Assembly: GCA_964558455.1 (NCBI GenBank)
Contig: CAZLEE010000067.1
Coordinates: forward strand, 1 to 20,382
Direction: 5' to 3'
Length of the DNA stretch: 20,382 nucleotides
DNA from: an uncultured Verrucomicrobiota bacterium
GTDB lineage: Bacteria > Verrucomicrobiota > Verrucomicrobiia > Limisphaerales > Palsa-1400
Positions 14,245 to 20,382 of the stretch are shown here, piece by piece. The first letter of the stretch is position 1; every line of letters begins with the position of its first letter. The notes beneath the pieces are model-generated. The model was given only the letters and a program-made list of their open reading frames with translations. It had not been told where the DNA came from and did not search any database. The translations under genes and the position numbers were made by a program.

Positions 14245-15477
14245 TCAGGCTTCAGCCTGATTGGTCACCGGCTTCCACTCATGGACAGCAAGGGCCGCCG
14301 CACCCAGTGCGCCGCTGAATTCGCCAATATCCGACACCACCAACGCGGGCAATTCCTGGCCGCGTGAAAATTTCTGGAAGTTTTCCTCCACCAAACCCAG
14401 AAAGGCGGAGCCAAAAGCCGGAAATACGCCCGCCAATATGATCTTGCTGGGATTGAAAGCCCGGTTCAACTGGCTGGAAACCAATCCGAGGGTCGCCGCC
14501 ACGCGATTCAACAGGGCCAAAATCAGTTCATCCTTTTCATGCGCCGCCTGAAGAAGGCGGGTCAGGCTGAAGTTGGCCGCCAGTTCGGCATGCATCGCGT
14601 TGGTTCCGCTGGCGGCAAGAAACGACTGCATGCCGTGCAGGGAGGCGATCTCTTCCAACGTGGGCAGGCCCGGCCCGTCGCCGTCGAGGTGACCGAGGGC
14701 GCATGGCCAGTCGCCAATTTCACCGGCGAGGTTGTGGCTGCCATGATAGACTTGCCCGTCAATCATAACGCCCGCGCCAATGCCGCTGCGCATGCCCAGA
14801 CAGATAAAATTCTTCAAGCCCCGCCCCTGACCAAACCACAATTCCGCCAGCGCCATCGAGCGAATGGTGTTCTCCAGAAAAACAGGCACGGAAAATCGCG
14901 CGCTCAACCGTTCCGCCAACGGAATGTTGCTCCAACCCCGGATGTGCTTGTATTGCCTGGCGATGCCGCGAACCGGATCAATCACGCCGGGAACCCCGAC
15001 CCCTATGCTCAACAACCGGCGGTCGTCGCCCTCTTCAACTTCATGAATGGCGCGCTCTATTTTTTCCAGGATGTGTTCAACCGTGTCCCCCTGATCGATG
15101 GTGTCGTGAAATCGTTTGAGGGGCTTTTGCGAAAAATCAACCGCTATGGCCATGATGTTGCGCGCCTCAAAATCCACCCCGATGAATCGGCCGCCCTGCG
15201 CGTTCAATCCCAGCGCCGTGGGGGGCCGGCCAAAGTCCCGTCCCACCCGCTTGCCCTCGGATAGAAAACCTTCCTCTATCAAGTGATCAACGTAGATGCC
15301 GACGGTCGAAGGGGCGAGATTCAAACTGCGGGCCAGCTCAATGCGCGACAGCCCGTCCTGCGCCCGAACCCGCCTTAGCAAGTCCCCTTCGATATTGGCG
15401 ATGGTTTCGTGTTTGATTTTGAACCGTTGCGGACTGGTCCGTTTAGTGCGGCAAATCTGTATGTTCTTGTCTGCCAT
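14245..15477 (-). CDS. ROK-family transcriptional regulator (NagC/XylR-like: N-terminal HTH plus ROK sugar-kinase-like domain)
   Basis: The ORF is 410 aa. The N-terminal HTH is LSRIELARSLNLAPSTVGIYVDHLIEEGFL. The ROK domain shows FIGVDFEARNIMAIAVD and LSIGVGVPGVIDPVRG, and a Cys/His region is present in the second half. Confidence 0.85.
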   Translation of the reverse strand: MADKNIQICRTKRTSPQRFKIKHETIANIEGDLLRRVRAQDGLSRIELARSLNLAPSTVGIYVDHLIEEGFLSEGKRVGRDFGRPPTALGLNAQGGRFIGVDFEARNIMAIAVDFSQKPLKRFHDTIDQGDTVEHILEKIERAIHEVEEGDDRRLLSIGVGVPGVIDPVRGIARQYKHIRGWSNIPLAERLSARFSVPVFLENTIRSMALAELWFGQGRGLKNFICLGMRSGIGAGVMIDGQVYHGSHNLAGEIGDWPCALGHLDGDGPGLPTLEEIASLHGMQSFLAASGTNAMHAELAANFSLTRLLQAAHEKDELILALLNRVAATLGLVSSQLNRAFNPSKIILAGVFPAFGSAFLGLVEENFQKFSRGQELPALVVSDIGEFSGALGAAALAVHEWKPVTNQAEA

Positions 15478-15722
15478 GTGATTACAAAAAATTCGCCATT
15501 AGGGTATTTAATCCGCGGCGATTGTGCGAGAAAAAAGTCGAAATAATTGCGTCCCGGGTGTGTTTCTGTGATTGCAAAATATCTTCCAATGAGCCGGCTA
15601 TCCCGGCCCCAACCGGGCCGGGCGCGGCCAAAACAGAAAAAAGTGGGAAGTGCGCCTGACGCGCGCAGGGGCCTTTTCTCTTGCGCTCCTTGCGGCGCCA
15701 GTTACAAAGGGGCGGCTGATTA

Positions 15723-16649
15723 ATGAATTGTATTGCCCGATGGTTTCTCGCCTCCGTCTTTGCCGCCGCCTGGACCGCTCCTGCCGCGCCGCTGAATCGC
15801 GCGGATGTTCCCGCCCGCCCGCTCTGGGTGGCGCACATGGATTGTGACGCGCTCCGGCCCACGCGCCTGGGTAAATACTTGCTTGCCCAGATGGCCAGTC
15901 CGGAGTGGAGCGCCGACTTGCCGGCCAGCCGGTTCATTTTCGCCTTCAACTTGCGCCCCCGGCTCCATGGGGTGACGGTTTACAGCCCCGGCCCTTCGCC
16001 GGATGAGACTGTTTCCATCGTCTACGCCAACCTCGTCCCCCAACGCCTGATTGCCTGGGTCAAATTGGGTGCGGCGGTGGAAATCATCCCGGCTGGCCGG
16101 CATCTGATTTATGGATGGAGTGAAACGGGCCGGAATCCCGGCGGGAAAGAAGCCGCCCGCACTTACGGTGTGTTCGAAAAAAGCCGCCTGGTCATCGGCC
16201 AGCGCCGGGCAAGTGTGGTTGCGGCAATGGCCGTGATCGACCAAAAATCGGCCAATCTCCACGCGAGCGGAGAGTGGCCGGAACTGGGTTCGGAAAAAAG
16301 CGGCGTTTTCGCCCAGGGCGAGGCGCGTAAATTGGATTTGCCCGGCGCCGATCAATACCTGGCCCTGTCGAAATTCGCGTGTCAAATGAAATTCCAGGCG
16401 GCTGAAAATGGCGGACGCCTCAATGCCGTCCTGACGCTGAACGAGGGCGATGAAAGCGCGGCCCGGCAGACGTATTTCGTGGCCCGGAGCCTGATCGCCC
16501 TGGCGTCGTATCAGATGAATGATCCGCTGGCCGCCTGGTCGGCCCGCAACACAACGGTGAAAAACGAGGGATCTGTTGTGACTGCCACATTATCGGCGAC
16601 TTCCTCCGATTTCGTTGCGGCGCTCAAAACGGACGCGACTCGAAAATAG
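15723..16649 (+). CDS. Secreted hypothetical protein (signal peptide, no recognisable domain)
   Basis: The 308-aa ORF has an N-terminal signal-like sequence (MNCIARWFLASVFAAAWTAPAAP). Its composition is protein-like, and it lies in a divergent arrangement with the ROK regulator. Confidence 0.6.
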   Translation: MNCIARWFLASVFAAAWTAPAAPLNRADVPARPLWVAHMDCDALRPTRLGKYLLAQMASPEWSADLPASRFIFAFNLRPRLHGVTVYSPGPSPDETVSIVYANLVPQRLIAWVKLGAAVEIIPAGRHLIYGWSETGRNPGGKEAARTYGVFEKSRLVIGQRRASVVAAMAVIDQKSANLHASGEWPELGSEKSGVFAQGEARKLDLPGADQYLALSKFACQMKFQAAENGGRLNAVLTLNEGDESAARQTYFVARSLIALASYQMNDPLAAWSARNTTVKNEGSVVTATLSATSSDFVAALKTDATRK

Positions 16650-16682
16650 CAATCAGATAACAAAATCGGCCGGTTCCCGGTC

Positions 16683-17486
16683 TCATGAATTGGGAGCGGA
16701 CGGTGTTTCGGTCGTCTCAGCCGCTTTGGTCTCTTCAGTTGTCCCGGTTGTCTCGGCCTCCTCGGTCACTTCAGTTCCTTCAATCGTCTCAGCCCCTTCG
16801 GTCGTTTCAGTCGTTTCGGTGCTTTCGGTCGCAGGGGTGGCTGATTCAACATCGGTCAAGGCCAGTTGTTCCGGCGGAGTGGCGGCCAGGCCGGGGTCGG
16901 TGGTCAACAAGGCTTCCGGCTTGGTGACGGGGATGCGGCGGAGTTCATCGGCGGCGGGCAAATCTTCCAAAGCGCGCAAACCGAAATACTCGAGGAAAAA
17001 GGCGGTTGTCCCATAGGTCATGGGGCGTCCCACAACTTCGGCGCGGCCAACTTGCTCAACCAAACCGCGTTCAAGAAGGGTTTGCATGACGCCGTCAACA
17101 GCCACGCCGCGCACCTGCTCGATTTCGGCGCGGGTGATGGGCTGGCGGTAAGCGACGATGGCCAGCGTTTCCAAGGCGGGTTGGGAGAGGCGCGAAGGGC
17201 GGACCTTCAAGCCGACCAGGGCGATGATCCAAGGGGCGAAGTCCGGCTGGCTGACGAATTGCCATCCGCCGGCGACGCAGGCGAGACGGTAGCTGCGCTG
17301 GGCGGCTTCGTGATCTTTCTGCAATTGTTCCAAAGCGGCGGTGATGTCGGCTTCCTTGGTTTTCTTGAACGGCTTGGCGGCTTCGCCATGTTCGGCGGCG
17401 GCGGCAAGCAGATCGCGCAATTCCTTCGCGTTGAGCGGCTTTTGCGCTGAAAATAAAATCGATTCCAGTATGAATTTCAATTCCAT
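16683..17486 (-). CDS. scpB: Segregation and condensation protein B (ScpB) with an unusual Thr/Glu-rich acidic C-terminal tail
   Basis: The sequence MELKFILESILFSAQKPLNAKELRDLL matches the ScpB N-terminus, and the winged-helix regions are conserved (GGWQFVSQPDFAPWI, LETLAIVAYRQPITRAEIEQVRGV). The ATG at 17486 is the likely start; the track's TTG at 17501 overlaps the scpA stop. The tail ESATPATESTETTETTEGAETIEGTEVTEEAETTGTTEETKAAETTETP is low complexity. Confidence 0.85.
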   Translation of the reverse strand: MELKFILESILFSAQKPLNAKELRDLLAAAAEHGEAAKPFKKTKEADITAALEQLQKDHEAAQRSYRLACVAGGWQFVSQPDFAPWIIALVGLKVRPSRLSQPALETLAIVAYRQPITRAEIEQVRGVAVDGVMQTLLERGLVEQVGRAEVVGRPMTYGTTAFFLEYFGLRALEDLPAADELRRIPVTKPEALLTTDPGLAATPPEQLALTDVESATPATESTETTETTEGAETIEGTEVTEEAETTGTTEETKAAETTETPSAPNS

Positions 17487-17497
17487 GTGAACATCTC

Positions 17498-18266
17498 TCA
17501 ACTGGCCGGAACAGGATCCGGCCCGGCGGGGGCGGCCGGATGGGCGGGCGCCTTGGTAATTTCAATCGCGCCAAAATCCTCCGACTGCCGGCAGACCATT
17601 TTTCTCAGGCGGATCAATTCCAACATGGCCAGAAAGGTGCAGATGACTTCGGCGTGGCTGGTGGCGGCGCTGAACAACTCGGAAAACTGGATGACCGGCT
17701 TTTCCTCGAGCATCTTGACGAACATTTCAATCTTTTCGCTGACGGAACATTTGTCCTCAAAAATTTCGCGCAAATCCTCGCGCTTGTTCAGACGCTTGAG
17801 AATCTCGCTGACCGCGTTGACCAGATCGAAAATGGAGGCCTCGTGCTTGGCATCCGGGGCGGTGACAAACTCCTCATGCGCCGGCAGACGGGGAAAAACG
17901 TGCTCCTGCTGGATTTCGCGGAACTGAAGCTGGACGGCGGCGTCCTTGAATTTCTTGTAGGCGACCAATTGGCGGATCAGTTCCCAACGAGGATCCTCCT
18001 CTTCGTCTTCCGCGCTGTTTTCGACTTGCAGGTCCCTGGGCAAAAGCTCGCGGCTTTTGATGTACATCAACGTGGAAGCCATGACCAGAAATTCACCGGC
18101 AATATCCAGATCAAGCAGGCGCATGACTTCAATGTGTTCGATGAACTGGGTGGCGAGCTTGGTGAGATTGACTTCGTAAATATCAACTTCCTCCTTTTTA
18201 ATCAAATAAAGGAGTAAATCCAAAGGGCCCTCGAACACTTCAAATTGGACTTTGTATTCAGCCATG
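17498..18266 (-). CDS. scpA: Segregation and condensation protein A (ScpA)
   Basis: MAEYKVQFEVFEGPLDLLLYLIKKEEVDIYEVNLTKLATQFIEHIE is a canonical ScpA N-terminus. The ATG at 18266 is chosen because the longer track ORF (to 18421) would overlap the upstream gene and adds non-conserved residues. The stop is at 17498-17500, directly upstream of scpB. Confidence 0.85.
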
Positions 18267-18356
18267 ACGACTGGGGGGATCGTAGAACCGCAAGGGATGG
18301 TTGGCAACGCAATACCGCCGCAAAAACCGCCGTGCCGGACAATGAAATCCAACGAT

Positions 18357-18863
18357 TTATCGGGCTTTTTTCCTAAAGTGCCGGATAAAAGTGAAAGCCC
18401 ATATCGCGTTCGCAGCCACAAAACAGCCTAGAACCGTCAAAAACCCGGCCATCGGCAGACGCACCGGCGCCGAATGATTGGCCTGAATCGTCAGAAAGTG
18501 GCTTCCACCCAAAAACAAGACCTGCAAGCATCCCACCCAAAGCAATTGTTGGGAAATATACGCGCTCGTCTCCTCCCGATGCTCCGGCCCCAACCAATAT
18601 TCCCGGTCGGGAATATTTATAAACTGGACTGGCACGAACCGGACTATCAGGGAGAAAGCCACAAACAACAACGGCAGGCCCACTCCCACAGCCCCGAAGA
18701 AAGCCAGGTATGTGGAACGTTTCATCCAACCGTTAGGCTGGCCACCCGCCCCGAAATGTGTCGCCATCCGCTCCGGCAAAAGCGGCGCCGAGCACGCCAG
18801 ATAAGCCAGAAGCCCGATGCAGCAGGCCAAAAAAATAAGCGTCGGCATCCGCAATGTTTTCAT
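18357..18863 (-). CDS. DUF1648-like multi-pass membrane protein
   Basis: The ORF has an ATG start (MKTLRMPTLIFLACCIGLLAYL...). It has at least four hydrophobic helices and a motif HFGAGGQPNGWMKRSTYLAFF typical of the DUF1648/SdpI-like N-terminal region. Confidence 0.6.
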   Translation of the reverse strand: MKTLRMPTLIFLACCIGLLAYLACSAPLLPERMATHFGAGGQPNGWMKRSTYLAFFGAVGVGLPLLFVAFSLIVRFVPVQFINIPDREYWLGPEHREETSAYISQQLLWVGCLQVLFLGGSHFLTIQANHSAPVRLPMAGFLTVLGCFVAANAIWAFTFIRHFRKKAR

Positions 18864-19022
18864 AATCAAGCAAGGGTCAACTTTTGCGTTACAATGGCGG
18901 TTCGCGCGTTAAAACGCAAAGCGGAAATGGAGATGCGGAAAATTCCGCCGTCGCGGGGCTATGGCGGACGTGGGCTGGGGATGGTCTAATCTGGAGTTGA
19001 CGCCTCCTGCGGGATGGGTTAG

Positions 19023-19205
19023 GTGGCAGATTTGGGGCGTAAGAAAGACATGGTTCACCGGCATCTTAATCATCAGGAGTTGACCCTTGCGGCCATTGAC
19101 GACGTGATTTCTCGCGGCAAGCGCAGGGACTGGGAGGGCTTGCGCCTGGCGATCATGGCTGATCGGGAGCGGGTTCTTTCCGCCGCGGCGCGTCTGCAAC
19201 AGTGA
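19023..19205 (+). CDS. Small hypothetical protein (51-60 aa) with no recognisable family
   Basis: The ORF lies in an otherwise non-coding gap. Its composition is charged and helical (ELTLAAIDDVISRGKRRDWEGLRLAIMADRERVLSAAARLQQ). An internal ATG at 19050 is preceded by an A-rich stretch. Confidence 0.3.
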   Translation: MADLGRKKDMVHRHLNHQELTLAAIDDVISRGKRRDWEGLRLAIMADRERVLSAAARLQQ

Positions 19206-19360
19206 GCGTGCGCACGGTAATTGATGGCGGTCTATGCTGAATAATTGATGGATTTGCGTTCGGCTGTCTGCCGGTGTGGGTGAGGTGGATCTATCGCTTA
19301 TTTGCTGCTCCAGCAGAAGCATGGCGCTCTGATGGCTGCTGGATTGTCTCAGGACGGCGT

Positions 19361-20129
19361 CTATTTCAAAACCTCTTGTCGCAACAGGTTCTTGAAGCGC
19401 GTTTTGCTCACATAATGGTCCGAAAGCAGACGGCCGTTCCAAAGCAAGCTAAAGACACCATAGGAGGAAGGCGTATTCTGGGCCGCGTGGGCGCTATCCA
19501 GAACCGTGACCTTCAACTCCAAGCCATGCTCGGTTGCCGTTTCCGAAAGGTCGTTCACCGACTTCGGCAGCATTGGGCACTGAGCGCAATACACGACATG
19601 TAAACCTCGATATTGGGTTGCGTTGCCACTGATGTCACGGAAACGTGGTTCAGGACCGTCCCTGAGGGGGTAGGTGACCAACTGAAATCGGTCTGCTGTT
19701 CCGACCATGCGAAAGCCATTCTTTAGGAAAACCTCTTTGCCTGCCATCCAAGGTCCCTCGCTTACCATGGCTGCCACGCCTTATAGCGCGAGTCTGCCGC
19801 GCCTCTTCGAGACAGGCTTGGATCAGCCGACCACCCAGCCCTGCTATCCTCTGGCCTCTGGGATACACCCACAGGCAATGCACAAAGAGCCAACCCCTGG
19901 CGTCAACCGGTCGCCAAGCGTGCTCGCCTGGCACGTACTCGAGGAAGCCAAGCGGTCTGCCTTCTCTGTCCCGGAACAAAAAAAACCGAAGACCGTCGGT
20001 GAAGCACTGGTGCAGCCACTTAACTTTACGTTGGAACCCCTGATTCTTCCGATTCACGAGACAGCCGATCCCGCACTCGGAGAGGTTTGCGGGGCCAACC
20101 TTCTCTAGCACGATCTTGTCAGCGCGCAT
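19361..20129 (-). pseudogene. GNAT-family N-acetyltransferase with a YoaP-like C-terminal domain, disrupted by a 1-nt frameshift near 19780
   Basis: Two overlapping minus ORFs (19650..20201 and 19361..19777) together match B. subtilis YoaP end to end. The matching segments are MRADKIVLEKVGP...GFLEYVPGEHAWRP...LFVHCLWVYPRGQRIAGLGGRLIQACLEEARQTRA, then after a frame change GVAAMVSEGPWMAGKEVFLKNGF...YCAQCP...TPSSYGVFSLLWNGRLLSDHYVSKTRFKNLL. Removing one A from the minus-strand run TATAAGG (plus-strand 19780-19786) restores ...ARQTRAIGVAAMV... Confidence 0.75.
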
Positions 20130-20282
20130 TGTCTTCACCTGTGGTTTGGGGTGGTCTGAAAGGTCGGGCGCGTCGGGCCTGTATGCAAGCAGAAAACACA
20201 AAGTAAATGAAAAGCGAGTTGCATCAAATTAAATGTCACCCGGGAGTAAAGGGGATAGGGGGTCAAATCATAAAGGAATTAT

Positions 20283-20313
20283 GTCTCACACCTTGCCCCG
20301 CAGGGTGTGAGAC
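20283..20313. promoter_or_regulatory. 10-bp perfect inverted repeat GTCTCACACC-N11-GGTGTGAGAC in the AT-rich region upstream of the GNAT gene
   Basis: Read directly from the sequence. The loop is TTGCCCCGCAG and there is no U-tract after it on either strand. Confidence 0.5.
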
Positions 20314-20382
20314 GGATTTCTTAAATATGGTTCCTCGACGTTTTTAATGGGTAAAAGGGGGAAAATCGGTTTTTCTGGTGGG

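Noticed and set aside
13195-14367. 390-aa plus-strand ORF antisense to fbaB
   Set aside because: FbaB on the minus strand matches a known enzyme along its whole length. The plus-strand ORF has no motifs.
15602-15622. Rho-independent terminators at GC hairpins (also 12000-12017, 13226-13258, 19310-19342, 20283-20313)
   Set aside because: None is followed by a U-tract on the relevant strand, so none is annotated as a terminator.
19707-20108. 133-aa plus-strand ORF and the 18909..19442 / 19274..19603 ORFs
   Set aside because: These are antisense to the GNAT gene or lie in a non-coding gap. They show no conservation-like features.
1-20382. tRNA, rRNA and CRISPR content
   Set aside because: There are no T-loop-like GTTCGAATC or GTTCAAATC motifs in intergenic regions. 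There are no regularly spaced direct repeats with unique spacers. The only tandem repeat (9136-9175) is a contiguous octamer with no spacers.

Overview
This is a high-GC (about 60%) bacterial chromosomal segment in which most genes lack recognisable Shine-Dalgarno motifs. The right-hand 15 kb is ordinary housekeeping and envelope content. On the minus strand it carries a flotillin/SPFH protein, an L,D-transpeptidase-like protein, a small membrane protein, class I FBP aldolase (fbaB), a ROK regulator, scpB, scpA, a DUF1648 membrane protein and a frameshifted GNAT acetyltransferase. On the plus strand it carries lysS with a C-terminal extension, an orphan ABC ATPase and a secreted hypothetical protein. 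The left 5.6 kb is different. It holds a divergently transcribed pair of very large helicase genes. The first is a 3'-truncated minus-strand gene of at least 918 codons. I translated it by hand as a four-part fusion: an N-terminal Cys4 zinc ribbon, an archaeo-eukaryotic-primase (AEP / LigD-Pol / PrimPol)-like domain, an SF2 DEAH helicase and a C-terminal DUF559 (Vsr-like endonuclease) domain. The second is a plus-strand 914-aa SNF2-family ATPase with an N-terminal SWIM zinc finger. The 3' end of the SNF2 gene abuts a truncated, frameshifted remnant of anmK (anhydro-N-acetylmuramic acid kinase). That pattern suggests the helicase pair is an acquired island whose insertion destroyed the 3' end of anmK. 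I regard the pair as the best candidate for an undescribed nucleic-acid-targeting (defence or repair) module. A roughly 70-bp conserved element occurs twice in direct orientation flanking the flotillin gene. Each copy contains a near-consensus sigma70-like promoter and a short ORF that begins MPRxLxV. I found no tRNA, rRNA or CRISPR array.
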